The notes: generated by a model from the letters alone, not told the origin. Shown: positions 1 to 13,037, counted from the stretch's first letter. The stretch: DNA of 64,000 bases from Vicugna vicugna (GCA_013265495.1 MU058531.1:3658911-3722910), one strand, 5' to 3'. Translations and numbers: made by a program.

Positions 1-976
1 AAAATACCAATTTTTTCCCACTCCTTTATGCTGTAAGGGCAACAAACAATGGTTGCTAAGCTGCCTGGGCCCCAGGGGACTGACTGAGGAATAGTTTCCT
101 TCCCTCACATCAACTTGTTAAAGAACTGCCATGTTGTTGAGTCTTTGTTTCCCCATCAGAGCCACATACATGCTATTCTTAACAGGCACATCCAACTTAC
201 ATTAGGATAGTATAAACAATTGTGATAGTATAAACAATTAAAAATATTTACCTTCATTTGTTAACAATTATTAAGTCTATTTTGATATTCCTGCCATGTC
301 TTCAAAATTTATTAGACACAAAGATGGATATCCCCAGAAATTATTTTTTCTTTTGTTTTTATAAACAAGTTGATAGTCCTAATAAACTGTTTAGAAATGT
401 TTTGAGAAGTGGTAATAATATTGATGGAGGCAGTGGTAACTAACGGTTATGAAGTACGCCCACTCCTGGGCACTCTGTTAAGTACTTTACCTACATCATT
501 TTACTGAAACTCATAATGACCCTGCAAGGTAGGTGTTGTTATTAGCTCTACTTCTCAAAATATTTTTTAAAAGTTTCCAAAGTCTCATAGTAAGTAAACA
601 AAAGGCTGGAATTTCAACCTAGGTTTCAAACACAAACCAACAGAGAAACATGATTTAATTAAAACCTACTTCATTGCCAGCTTCACATGAATACATCCTT
701 TCTGTTAAGGAAGGAATCTGTGTTATCACAATGAATCTAAGAGGATCTTAAACGCCAGCAAGGCAAGAAAACCATTTCATCTACTGTTCTCTTTGCCAGT
801 GAACTGTGACTGTGAGTTTAAGTTGATTTAATAAAACATTTCTTTGCAATAACTGGGGAAAACAAAATTACCTAAACATTAGATTTTAAAATATTTAAAT
901 TTATGATTTAACTATGTTTTTGCCTGTACATATTCCATGATTTTAATCTAAAATGAAATAAAAAAGGAAATCAAAC

Positions 977-1108
977 CTTTCTCTGCATTCTTGATAGACT
1001 TTTTCTCTTTTCCTTGAAAGTCATGAATTTTTTTGGTTTATTAATATCCTCTGTATCCTTTTTCACTTCTACTTCTTTGATCCTTAGGCACAAGAATGTT
1101 TTTAACAT
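977..1108 (-). CDS. NOC3L: NOC3L exon 11 (gene continues beyond window start)
   Basis: tag|ATGTTA...AGAAAG|gtttga; 132 nt; [44 protein letters not shown]. Confidence 0.95.
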
Positions 1109-1540
1109 CTAATATTGAAGAAAACATAAATATACAGCTTAACGTTTATACTGCCCTCAAATACTTTGAACAGAATAAGCATTTAACAATGTTATTTCCT
1201 TCCTTCATGCCAAAACAAAACTTTGAAACATCTTTAATCACATTTTATACAAGTTCTATTATCTTTTTGCCAAAAAAATTCAGTAATTTGTGTCTAAGAA
1301 AGGACACTAGTATTTGTCTAAATACACATTATTTTGCAGTGTAATAAGAACAAGGAAGAGAGAACACTAACACTACATGGCACTGGTAGACAGGATTACA
1401 AAGAGCAGACAGGCCAGAAAAAGGTTTGGACCAGTATGGGTGGAGAGGACATTTATTAGCTATTTCTAAACCAGCTTTAATTTCCCATATCAGATTCTGT
1501 TTTGTAATTAAGATTTCTAATCTTTTTTTCTCAATAAAAA

Positions 1541-1597
1541 TAGCATGTGGAAATAACTTAAATGTCCATCAACAGATGAATGGATAAAGAAGATGTG

Positions 1598-1656
<59 letters not shown>

Positions 1657-1825
1657 NNNNNNNNNNNNNNNNNNNNNNNNNNNNNNNNNNNNNNNNNNNN
1701 NNNNNNNNNNNNNNNNNNNNNNNNNNNNNNNNNNNNNNNNNNNNNNNNNNNNNNNNNNNNNNNNNNNNNNNNNNNNNNNNNNNNNNNNNNNNNNNNNNNN
1801 NNNNNNNNNNNNNNNNNNTGATATA

Positions 1826-1871
<46 letters not shown>

Positions 1872-2360
1872 AATGGAATATTACTCAGCCATAAAAAAGA
1901 ATGAAGTAATGCCACTTGCAGCAACATGGACAGACCTAGAGATTATCATATTAAGTGAATAAATCAGCCAGAGAAAGAAGTATCATATGTCACTTATATG
2001 TGGAATCTAAAAATAAATAAATAAAGATACAAATTTTATTTACAAACCAGAAATAGACTTACAAACCAGGTCATAGAAAACAAACTGTGGTTACTGGGGG
2101 CAGTGGGGGGATGAGGGATAGATTAGGAAGTTTGGGATTAACAGATATACAGTACTATATACAAAACAGATAAACAAGGACCACAAGGACGTACTGTATA
2201 GAACAGGGAAGCATATTCAACTTCTTACAATGAGCTGTAATGGCAAAGAAACTAAAACTATATGCATGTATTTATGTATATGTATAAATGAATCACTTTG
2301 CTGTACACCTGAAACTAACACTGTAAATCAACTACATTTCAATAAAAAGTAATAAAAAAA
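1541..2360 (+). mobile_element. LINE-1 3' end (artiodactyl-type) containing a (TG)n(TA)n microsatellite and an assembly gap
   Basis: L1 3' motifs aaatgtccatcaacagatgaatggataaagaagatg, caatggaatattactcagcc, gaatcactttgctgtacacctgaaactaacac, then AATAAA and an A tail. Confidence 0.85.
1657..1818. other. Assembly gap (162 N) inside the (TG)n(TA)n repeat
   Basis: Run of N. Confidence 1.
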
Positions 2361-2411
2361 TGACAAGAAGACTAGTGTTATTAATTTAAAACAACTTATC
2401 TTCCTTTAAGC

Positions 2412-2577
2412 CAGTGGACCTCCAACTTCAGCAAACGTCAGAATCACCAGTAGGCCTTGTTAAAACACAAATAACTAGACCCCATCCCCAGGTTTCTGAT
2501 TCTGTAGTCTGCAATAAGGCCCCAGAATTTATATTTCTAATTGCCAGCTGATGCAGGGACCACAATGAAAACCACTG
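2412..2577. mobile_element. MER5A-like hAT-Charlie MITE
   Basis: CAGTGG...CCACTG termini; internal agaatcacc...tttctgattc. Confidence 0.7.
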
Positions 2578-2985
2578 CCTTCAGTCATTCAAAAAAAAAA
2601 AATCAGAAACTAATTTAGAAATTGGTGTTTTGTGTGCTACAACAACCATCCAAACACAGACTAAAGAGGGGTTAAACTCCTACAATTTCTCAGGAGGAAA
2701 CCACTCTAATGATCTGCAGTCACAACAGCATTCCTGGAAAAATATATATATATTGAGAACTACAGATCTGTGTTATTTTGAGGTTCCAATATGTACATTT
2801 GGAAGAAGGCTGAGAATTTCATTTAAAGTACAGAATGGAAACAAGGAAAAACTAAAAGCATAAATACTGAATCTGAAGTCATTCTAGGTTTCAGAAAGAT
2901 CAATTTGAGTATTTTGTAGCTATTCTAAGTGCTCATAAAATATCACCCACAAATGAAAAATTACTCCAAATCAAAGAATGCAGCA

Positions 2986-3371
2986 TACGGTCAACTAATC
3001 TTTGATTACAGCACCAAGAATACACAATGGGGAAAGGACAGTCTCTTCAACAAATGGTGTCGGGAAGACTGGGTACCCACATGCCAAAGAATGAAACCGG
3101 ACACTTATCTTACACCAGTCACAAAAATTAATTCAAAATGGATTAAGGACTTAATGTAAGACCTGAAACCACAAAACTCCTAGAAGAAAACATAGGAGAA
3201 AAGCTCCCTCACACTGGTCTTAGCAATAATTTTTTAGATATGACACCAAAGCACAGGCAACAAAAGAAAAAATAGACAAGTGTATATGCATATCAAATCA
3301 TCACACTGTACACCTTAAAGAAAAAAAAATTATACAAACTATATATACACAAAACACACACCCAAGGAATT
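2986..3371 (+). mobile_element. Internally deleted LINE-1 (ORF2 fragment fused to the 3' terminus)
   Basis: ORF2 peptide YGQLIFD...[12 protein letters not shown]...[16 protein letters not shown] aaagaatgcagca (2973-2985) / aaagaatgcaaca (3372-3384). Confidence 0.85.
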
Positions 3372-4756
3372 AAAGAATGCAACAGTTTATATGTAAGCAT
3401 CACTAAAGTAAAACTGTTCCCCTATGTTCAATTTCATGTTCAAGCTTTATAATCTGATTACTCTAAAATTCTAAGTAATACTTAATTACTTATAATTTTA
3501 GCAGTTCAACTAAAATTATCAGCCTTAAGAAACGAAAAGGATTTGATGGCAATGGAAGACTTTGAAATTAGGAAATAAAACAGAGTAGAAAATATCAGCT
3601 TAACTATCAAAACCATATGACTAAAAATAAAGTTATGAAAATATCTAAGACCCAAATGAAGGAAACAATAAACCTTCACTTAAGAACATACAAGAAGCCT
3701 TCAATAAATGGCAAGATACATGATATTCTTGAATACAAAAAATCAATTCTGTAAAATAAGTCAATTAAAATTTAAAGCTTCTATAAAGTAAAAAGACCAC
3801 AATACAAAATTAAGAGTAACAAATAAATTGCAACTTATCTAAGACTTAACATCCTTACTAGGTATAAGCTCAACAAACACAGAGCTTTTGTTTCTTTTGT
3901 TCACTATTTTATCCTCAGGACCTAGAATAGTGCCTAGTACACAGTTCACATTTACTGAAATAAATATTTAACAATTTATAACAATTCATTAAGAAAGACA
4001 AATACTTGAGGAGAAAAAGTGGCAAACAATACAATCAGGCAAAAAATTCAAATGACTAACAAATGTATGAAAGGAAGTAAAACCTCACTAATAAAAGTGT
4101 ATAAACAAAATAACATTTACTAATATATATAAATTTTTACCTACTAGACTAACAAAGATTAAATAGCAAAAATATTCAGCACTAGGTAGGTTCTGTGGAA
4201 ATGACAGTGGGAACACAAGTGATAAAACATTTTTGGAGGACAATCTGGCATTATCTTTCAAATATTTAAATGTGTATACTGTTGGATCCAGTATTTACAC
4301 TTCAGAAATTTAACTCACAGAATACTCATACAAGTGTACTAAAATAATGTGGCCAAAACGTTCTCTTCCATGCTGACTACAACAGCAAAATTCTAGAAAC
4401 AACTCAGCTGCCCATCACGTAGGGGCTATATATTCACGTAACGGAATACTAGAGCACACATTACGAAGAACGCGCTGGCCCTCTACGTTAAGTCCACAAC
4501 GTGTAAAATGAAAACAGCTCCAGAACAGTTTCCATAGCATAAAACCATTTTTTATTTTAAAATATAAACAAAGTACGTCTATATTTGCACAGAAAAACAT
4601 CCAAAAGGATACATACCAAACTGAGTGATTATTTTTGAAGAGTTGAGTACTGTCACTTTACACACATCTATAAAAAGTAAATTCCTCGTAACAACTGAAA
4701 ATTAACTTTGCAATTTAAGAACAAACACAATGCAAAGTAAGAAAAGAAAGGCTTAC

Positions 4757-4885
4757 CTCTGGCCTAACTTCATAATTTCTGCCCTTCACAAAACCAGAAA
4801 TCACTTTAATTACACCCAAGGAAGCTTGGCCTAATTTATCTTGTTTAAAGAGTTTCTTTACTGCTTCACAACACATTTCAGATAT
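4757..4885 (-). CDS. NOC3L: NOC3L exon 10
   Basis: cag|ATATCT...CCAGAG|gtaagc; 129 nt; [43 protein letters not shown]. Confidence 0.96.
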
Positions 4886-4911
4886 CTGAAAAATAAAATG
4901 TTACACAAAAC

Positions 4912-5154
4912 CAGTGTTTCTCAACCTCAGCAGTGCTTACATGTTAGGCCACATAACTTTCTTGTGGAGGCCTGTCCTGTGCACTGTAGGATGTTTAGAA
5001 GCCTCAGTGACCTCTACCCTCTAGATTCCAGAAGCAACAGTCCCCCAACCACGGCAGTCGTAACAATCAAAATGTGTGCAGACCTGGTCTAATGTTTCCA
5101 GAGACAGCCTAATGTTCTCTGGAGGGCAAAACTGCCCCCTATTCAGAACCACTG
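4912..5154. mobile_element. MER20 hAT-Charlie DNA transposon
   Basis: CAGTGTTTCTCAACC...AGAACCACTG; internal gcctgtcctgtgcactgtaggatgtttag; 8-bp TSD cacaaaac/cactaaac. Confidence 0.85.
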
Positions 5155-5319
5155 CACTAAACTTATGTTCAAATAATTTTCTTAAAATGACAGTGTTTAA
5201 CAAAGGACCCTATCTTAGCAATAAGTAATAGCTCTAGAAGAATTTTGAGCAAGAGAAAAAAAATAATCACATCATCTATAATTTTCTGTTAAGGACAATA
5301 GCAACAAACAGCAACGCAC

Positions 5320-5495
5320 CGATTTTGACACGTCATTCATGAGAGGAACAATCAATACAATGATGTTGTTGTGAAAGTTGAAATGAGGCAGGGCCACCAA
5401 CAGCTCACACAGGCTCTTCACTGCCACCTCTGCCAGGCCCTTGTATGCCTTTAAGGAAACTACATTACTTTTCTTCAGCTTCCTTTGCTTCCAGT
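5320..5495 (-). CDS. NOC3L: NOC3L exon 9
   Basis: tag|ACTGGAAG...AAATCG|gtgcgt; 176 nt; [59 protein letters not shown]. Confidence 0.96.
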
Positions 5496-6091
5496 CTAAT
5501 CAAAAGATAAGTGGAGTTATTTTACTCATTGGTCAAAACTTCAATTAATTAGCTTTCAAATTGACAGCAATAAGCAATAAAATGAAAACTCAATACACCA
5601 CATGAATTCTTCAATATGAGTTGTCTACACTTAGACACGAGTACAAATGGTATCATTAAAATTTGTCTACCATCACCCACATTTCGACTCTAACCACGAT
5701 TACAAGAACCTTGGCTTTTCATAAATATTTTTTTCCCTGGCTTCTTGCTAATGCTCACTGTGGTATCTTTACCCAGGTGGTCCAGAAGATATCTAAATTC
5801 TCCTTCAAAATAATTGATGATTCACAGTATCTCTTTGTTAGAAATTTCTACATACATACTCTGGTACTGTAACAGTATATTGAATATAAGAAGATGGAAA
5901 TCTGATGGGTTTTTTCTAGAGTAGGTTCAATACCTCCCTCCACATCATACACAGCCAGAAAGGGATGGATGACAGTGTCTTTGTTTTAAACTTGCTTCTC
6001 ATCGATATGAACCTTCCTCAAAGAGACTGTATTCACCATAAGTAAGAACTGTATCTTCCATTTACTTACAACTAGCAAAACTTCATAATGG

Positions 6092-6514
6092 ATGCATAAA
6101 TGGGTAAAAAAAAAAAGTTCATAAATATAATAAATTATTATTCAGCCTTAAAAAAGAAGGAAAATTTGACACATGCTACAAGGATGACTCTCTTGAAGAC
6201 ATTATGCTAAGTGAAAGAAACCAGTCACAAAAGGACAAATCCTCTATGATTCCACTTATGAGGTTCCCTGGAGTAGTCAAATTACAAAGTAGAATGGTGG
6301 CATTCACAGGCTGCAGGGAGGAGGAAACAGGGAGTTAACGTTTAAAAGTTGCAGAATTTCAGTTGGGGAGGATAAAAAAGTTTCGGTGATGGATAGCAGT
6401 GATGGTTGTACATGTGAATCTACTTAATGCCACAGAACTATACACTTAAAAACAGTTAAAATGATCAATTTTATGTTATATATAGTATCAGGATTTTTTT
6501 TTAATTAAAAAAAA
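6092..6514 (+). mobile_element. Old L1 (L1MB-like) 3' end
   Basis: gacattatgctaagtgaaagaaaccagtcacaaaaggacaaat...gaactatacacttaaaa; TSD aacttcataatgg (6079-6091 / 6831-6843). Confidence 0.8.
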
Positions 6515-6818
6515 GGGGGGAGAGTATGCTCAGTGGTAAGAGTGCCTGCTTAGCATGTACGAGGTCCTGGGTTCCATCCTCAGAACCTTCATTAAAAAAT
6601 AAAATGGATAAACCTAATTACCTACCCCACCAATAGTTAAGTGTTCATGTATAACTGAAAAATTGTGCTCTACACTGGAATTTGACACAACATTGTAAAA
6701 TGATTATACATCAATAAAAAATGTTAAAAAAATTTTTAAAAAGAAAAACTTAAAAAAAAAATTACCTACCCCACCAACAAACCCTCCAAAAAAATTCAAA
6801 TAAAATAAAAATAAATAC
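6515..6818 (+). mobile_element. tRNA-derived camelid-type (vic-1-like) SINE, with its tail interrupted by a short L1
   Basis: A box gctcagtggt and B box ggttccatcc; TSD attaaaaaaaag (6504-6515 / 6819-6830). Confidence 0.85.
6634..6759 (+). mobile_element. Young 5'-truncated L1 3' end nested in the SINE tail
   Basis: tgtataactgaaaaattgtgctctacactggaa...acaacattgtaaa...AATAAA; perfect 18-bp TSD aattacctaccccaccaa (6616-6633 / 6760-6777). Confidence 0.85.
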
Positions 6819-6870
6819 ATTAAAAAAAAGAACTTCATAATGGTTCAATCTGCTTAGAAAAGGCCTACAC

Positions 6871-7188
6871 CTGCACAGTCTAGTACAGAGGTCACTAGCC
6901 ACATGTGGCAACTGAGCATTTGAAATGTGACTAGTGCAAATTCAGATGTGCTGTGAGTGCAAATTATACACCAGATTTTGAATTTAGTACCAAAAAAAAA
7001 AAAGAACCTAAGATATTGCACTAATTTTTAAAACTAATTACATGTTGAAATAACTTGGGTATATATACACACATATATATATAATTTACCATTAAAATTA
7101 ATTTCATTACTTTTTACTTTTTCTTTCAGTGTGGTTAACACTTGTTTAGATGACATGTCTCATGTTTGACTTCTATTGAACAGTGCTG
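6871..7188 (-). mobile_element. MER33-like hAT-Charlie element
   Basis: cactagccacatgtggc...ttctattgaacagtgctg; 8-bp TSD gcctacac/gtctacac. Confidence 0.8.
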
Positions 7189-7689
7189 GTCTACACAAAG
7201 CTCCCAGGCCTTAGAACAAATGCTAGTATACAGGTTCCAGTTGGCATGCCAGAGCACAGAAGTAACACCCATGCCACCCACCCCTACCTTCATGCCATCA
7301 TTCAGCCAAGAGAGTCAGCAGTCCTGTTCCAGCTGAGCTAGCAACTAAGTGATCATAGACCCAGCACTGAGTACAAAAGCCCAACTGAGTCAAGTGAAAG
7401 CACCTCGCCTTGGCAATTAAATCTCTTCCTCATTCATGCCTGAATGCTTCCTATTTTCTTCCCTTTCTGATCAAAGAGAGAGGACAAAGGTTCAATAGAA
7501 GAGTTTATCATCCCAAATAACTGAAGTGTAAGTCCATTTTCAAGGCACTCATTACATCCATTTCAAGTCATCCTTCTCCCCTGACTACCCCCTCCAAATA
7601 AAAAACAGAACAAATTTCAACCATTCATGAAGTCAAGAAACATACAACTACTCACTAGGTAAAACACTGCAGCAACGACAATGTTAATA

Positions 7690-7920
7690 CTGATAGCTGA
7701 CAGTGTCTCCTACAGGTTGGGCCCAATTCTAAGCACTTTATATCTATAAATTAATTTACCTCTCACAACAATCCTATGAGGTAAGTACTAATCTTATTCC
7801 CATTTTATAGACAGAAAAACCAAGGCATGGACAGATTAAGTCACTTGCCTATCACATTGATATTAAGAGGTGAACCAGGATCTGAACCCAGAGAGTGACT
7901 CTAGACCCTGATCCAGACCA
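7690..7920 (-). mobile_element. MIR SINE (other MIR relics near 440-630, 9445-9650, 10370-10580, 16760-16970, 22098-22230, 44155-44340, 44885-45100)
   Basis: MIR core ctcacaacaatcctatgaggtaagtact...cccattttatagacagaaaaaccaaggc. Confidence 0.75.
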
Positions 7921-8019
7921 TGCATGATTCTGACTCTCAATACACAGGACAGAATACAGAATTCATCTTCCTGATCAAACTTAAGTGTGTCACATACGTT
8001 TAAGATAGTTTCAAGATAC

Positions 8020-8113
8020 CTTTAACCATCTGCTCCAAATTTTCCAAATAAAATTTATATTGGCTAACCAGGCCTTCTTCAAATTCTCTTAACTTTTGAG
8101 TTTCTTTGCGGAT
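8020..8113 (-). CDS. NOC3L: NOC3L exon 8
   Basis: tag|ATCCGC...GTTAAAG|gtatct; 94 nt; [31 protein letters not shown]. Confidence 0.96.
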
Positions 8114-8307
8114 CTAAAAAGACCAAAAAAGATCATCTTTTTAAATCAAAATACTGAAACCATTTTTAAATTAGCACAAAATGAATGCCTAGTCTATACT
8201 CAGTCCTGTAAAAAGCAAACAAACAAAAAACTCTGCACTATTTCTCCCAAATCTAGGCTCTCCAAAACTTTCAGCTTATTTTGTGTAGTAGTGATATCCA
8301 GCATTAC

Positions 8308-8469
8308 CTTGGTAGATTTTTCTGCCTCTGTCAGGGGTCGTATTTTATACGAAGGAGTAATGTCTTTAAATAACTCCATCAGAGAAACTGTCACCAGCTT
8401 TCGAACAGTAACAGCCACATCAGGATCCTGCTCCATCAGCATAGAACGTAATTCTTTCAATTTTTTAAT
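8308..8469 (-). CDS. NOC3L: NOC3L exon 7 (NOC3 N-terminal domain)
   Basis: cag|ATTAAAAAA...ACCAAG|gtaatg; 162 nt; [54 protein letters not shown] (matches ORF 8200..8460). Confidence 0.97.
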
Positions 8470-10129
8470 CTGTTAAAGAAATTTAACTTATAAAGCTAGA
8501 GAAATGGCAAAACAATTACGAACAGAAGACAACAGCCTTACATCTGGCACAGTAAGTGGAATTCACACAATGGCTCATCGTCGACTCAAGCCACACACCA
8601 CTCCAGACACTGCTCACATTAACAACAGATAAATCACTAAAGTTGTAAGTGAACCATATTTTTGTTACGTAGTCAGTTAGAAAAAATACACATTAAAAAG
8701 TTTAAATTTATTAATCTACATGTTTTTTAGTAATTCTTAGGTTTTCTTAAAGCACATGCATCCCATTTTCGTAAAAACACTTTCTGAAATATGCTAAAAC
8801 ATTACATATACCAATCATGTATATAAATCACCTATACATGAGCTAATCAGGAATTAATGATAATGTATTCACATTAACTTTAGCTTCGACAAGACTCATA
8901 TAAAGATCATTTGTATTATGTGTTGAAGAAGTGAAAAACTGGCTTCAACAAATGTGCTTGATTGGATGAACGACCACTGCCAGCTGAAGGGATATCTTGA
9001 AAAGCAAGGGTCTGTGCTGTCAGCAAGGTCTGCCACAGTAGTAAGTAGGACAAACATGCCACCACCTATGTACATCCCTGACTTGTACGAAATGAGCATG
9101 AGGATCCAGAGTTAGAAGACCTGGGTTCCAATCAAGTGGCTGTTAAAATCTGGAACAAATCACTTGAATTTTTTAAGCCTCATTTTTTCAGCTATAAACT
9201 GAGATTGATAGTTATTGTCTCCATGGTCTTACACTGATTAAACAAGATCATACTGGTAAGAAATACTCCAAATTCCAATCCCTGATTCCACTCCAGAACT
9301 TCCCAACAGTTTATGAGAAAAGGACAAGCATTACTGAAAACATAAGCCACATGCATTTTTTCTTTAAATGTAAATAACTCTATTTTATCTCTCAATAAAC
9401 AAGTATCTGTCACAGTAGGATGCTGGGCACACAAAGATAACAAGAATAATAGTACCACTTAAATGAGTTCATGTATATTTTATCACTTAATCCTCACAAT
9501 AAAGTTTTAAAATTAGGTGCTATCCTCTTTTTAAAGATGAAGAAAATGAGTCTTGGGTAAAACGCCTTACCCAAAGTCTAACAGACAGTACTGAGTAAAG
9601 CCAAGACTGAACCTCAGGATTCTTGAGTTCACATGTTATAACTATCACCATCTTTCACTGCCCAAGGCCCACTGGTAATTCATTTCAATTCTTCAGTTTT
9701 TTTCACTTAAAAATATTTTCCACTTACATATCCATGTACTAATTTCACTGACTTTTGGGTAGTATGTTTCTTAATAACTCTACAGTTCAGTCAAACAAAT
9801 CTGCAAGTTGGTACTTCCTCTCTAGTACTACTAATTTTTACACTTACACCATTTTTAGAATTACAACATTAAGTCCAATATCTTCATTTAGATACGAAGA
9901 AAACAAGACTCAGAGTATTTAAATGACTCTTCTAAAGTCACAGAAGAAATGAAGTTCAGATGTAGGATTAGGTTAAAGTTCTGTCTACTCTCTTATTCTA
10001 ACTCAGTTGCTACATTTTGTTAATGCTATTCCTTCTTATGGGTGCTTATAGCTAAAAAGAGAATCTTAAAAGATTAGACATTTACACCATATCTAATATG
10101 AAGAGTCTAAAGAAATTAATTATACTTAC

Positions 10130-10260
10130 ATTACTTTCTGGATTTGATATTATGGCAGATGCCAAGGCTGCAATATGCATTTTCTTCTCCTGTAGTTTCT
10201 TCTTCCTTTCAATTAAATGTTCTTCTAACGTCAGCTCTCGAATGGGTTCTTCAACGATCT
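10130..10260 (-). CDS. NOC3L: NOC3L exon 6
   Basis: cag|AGATCGTT...AGTAAT|gtaagt; 131 nt; [44 protein letters not shown]. Confidence 0.96.
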
Positions 10261-11378
10261 CTGAAACAGATTAAGTTTCCCCTCTTAAACATTTCTTTAT
10301 TTACAAGCATCTTTATTTATAAGCATTACTTAATTAGTAAAATAATTTTCTTGTAGTAACAATAGTCACAATGAGAGTTAACTTTTATGGAGCACTTGCC
10401 GTAGAACATGATTACTACATATCATCCTCTCAACAATCATATGAAGCAAGTACTATCACTAACTCCACTTGGTTGATAAACCGAGGCAAAGAGAAAGTAA
10501 CTTGCTCATACACCAGTCAGAAATGGGATTCAAACCCAGGTAGTCTGACTTGACAGTTCATATTCTTACCTACTGTGCTAACAAACCCACAATAATTCAT
10601 TCTAATTAAAGGAAAAAAGCAATCTGATTTTTTTTTTTAAAAAATAAAAAAGAATATGCTCCTTCATTTTCAACTCTATACAATCATCTGAAATAAACAA
10701 AATACATCACCTTAAGAAATTCACAGGGAACTAAATTTAATAAGCATACAAGCATGCTCTGCAGTGAGTCTCTTACAAAGGAGGCCTGAAAACAGGTAAA
10801 TAGCTGACCTGTAATTTCATTTACACTAATAAGATCTGCTAAGAGAAAGTAAAATTTAATAAGCTTGTTTTATCACAAATTCTAAACAAATATAGTTTCA
10901 AACAATAAAATATGTTCTTTAAGTTTAACTTTGATTAGAACTCTTCCAGCCATTAGAAAGCCACATTCAATTACATAAAGCAGGCATATATAAAATATAA
11001 TTGTTGTAACAAAGAATCAAAATGGTTTCATAACACGGATTCACTTTTGTAATTTAAAGCTAAAAAGTTAATAGTTATTTGTAGGCAGGTCTTTCACCTA
11101 AAATTAAAAAGAAATTCAAAACAGTAACAATTTACAAGACTCTTCATGCAAGCCTAGCCATCATAAACATAACTGCATAAAATGTTCCATAATAAAAGCA
11201 ATAAAGAATCAAATTACACAAGGTGAGACTTTCAAAATGTGGGAAAATGTTCAAAATGACCTTGAAATGACCAGTACTCCAAAATGCACATTCCAGATTT
11301 TATCTAAAATTAACTATTATGCAAAAAAGGGTAATTCTCAATTAACAATTTAGTAACTAGAAAGATGCACCCTATTAC

Positions 11379-11432
11379 CTTCCTCAGGTTCCGTCTCTTC
11401 CTGATCCTCTTCATCTTGGTTACTGTCAGTAA
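11379..11432 (-). CDS. NOC3L: NOC3L exon 5
   Basis: tag|TTACTGAC...GAGGAAG|gtaata; 54 nt; VTDSNQDEEDQEETEPEE (acidic linker). Confidence 0.92.
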
Positions 11433-12025
11433 CTATATAGAAAACATGCAATTAAAAATGCCATAATAAACTTAAGTGGTGATCACAAAGAAAAGCAAGG
11501 AAGTGATTACCATAAAAACTCATGAAAATAGTTACTTTTATTAGGAGGGAGCAATCAGTGACTGAGAGGAGCACAAGGGAAGTTTCTGGGTGCTGGGTGG
11601 GAGTATTTCTTTCTTGCCCAGATGGTTGTTTTATGGGTGTGTTTTTGTGATAAACCATGTAACTTCACATCTTTGATATCTCGACTTTTGTGTGTTTATT
11701 TCATAGAAAATACATATAAGTAAAAAAGGCTAATAAGGGATGACTAATATGCTCTAATTTTAGAAACAACAGAATTAGAATGAAACACTCTGCAAAGAAT
11801 CACCTGAACCTTGTGGCTTCAGCTGTACTCACAGTATAACGCACCTGAGATAATCATCTCTACTTCTGGCCAAAACCACCAAGCTTGCTATTATATGACA
11901 AACTGGAGCTACCCCTTTTTGTAGATATGCGTAAAAGTCAAAATAAAATTAAATTTTGAGTGAAAAAAATGTGATGTTGGTAAGGGGCTAAAATTGTAAC
12001 TAATACAAGGGCTGATGAGACTCAC

Positions 12026-12183
12026 CTGGTTTCTCCCTGGTTTGTGGGATTATACCACTTTTATCTTTGATAGGAAGCAAGTGAATCAGTTCCTTTTCTG
12101 GTGCAGTTTGCAGGGTTCTTGGTATTTTTTCATATTTATCTATAACACGCTCATGCTTTCGTTTCTTGGCGTGAATAGGCTCA
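12026..12183 (-). CDS. NOC3L: NOC3L exon 4
   Basis: cag|TGAGCCT...AAACCAG|gtgagt; 158 nt; [52 protein letters not shown]. Confidence 0.96.
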
Positions 12184-12904
12184 CTGCAGGAAAAAAAACT
12201 TAATTTTTAGTTTGAATGTATTATTTAAAAAGGAACCTAGAGACCTATCATTTTTAAAGTGCAGAAAAATAAACTAATAACCAAATCTTTAATAGGCATA
12301 GAGATATGAACATCTAGACCAGGAACACAGCAGGCATTCAAATAGTAAATGAATAAATGAGTTGTACAGTCTACTGTAAGACTCAACCATAGCTACATTT
12401 AGTTTTCCCTTTAGATAAAAAATAGATTTTTTTTTCTTTTGAAGAATAATCCACAGAGCCAAGGGTGACATCATGCTGTTTTACTTTCCCAAAAACCTTC
12501 AGAGCATAGCATAGACTTAGGAGATTGAAATACCTAAGTTTAAATTTCAGATCCACTACTTGTGACTACGGGAAAGCATTAGTTTCCTCTCTATAACTGG
12601 GAATAATACCTACTTAATAGGGTAATAAAGACTGAGATCATGGACAAAGAGAACAGCATACTTCACCCATTCACTTCATTTCACTATTAAGACTCAAAAG
12701 AAATAAAGATACGCACTAGATAAAATCAACTTGTTTTATTCATGAACTCTCTTTATTTAGGAAATAAACTGAATAGGGTTTACTCTTTGTAAACATTGTG
12801 TTCAGAGCTGAGCAGCATCTTACCATAACCACTTAAGTAAAATTCACAACCAAGTTTTTAACACTGAAAGGACGTGAGTGATCATAATGTAAATGAAGTA
12901 TTAC

Positions 12905-13037
12905 CTAGAAGAAAGATCTCTCGTTAGAAAAGATGCTCTTTGTCCTAAATCCTTCATTAACTGTAAGTCATCTTCATCCATCATATCTAAAGGAAGGGCT
13001 TCCTCTTCTTCTTCCTCTTCCCTCTCAATCCTTTTAC
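12905..13037 (-). CDS. NOC3L: NOC3L exon 3
   Basis: tag|GTAAAAGG...TCTAG|gtaata; 133 nt; [44 protein letters not shown]; phases consistent with neighbours. Confidence 0.96.

Noticed and set aside
1517..1927. ORFs spanning the N gap
   Set aside because: Artefacts of dinucleotide repeats and Ns
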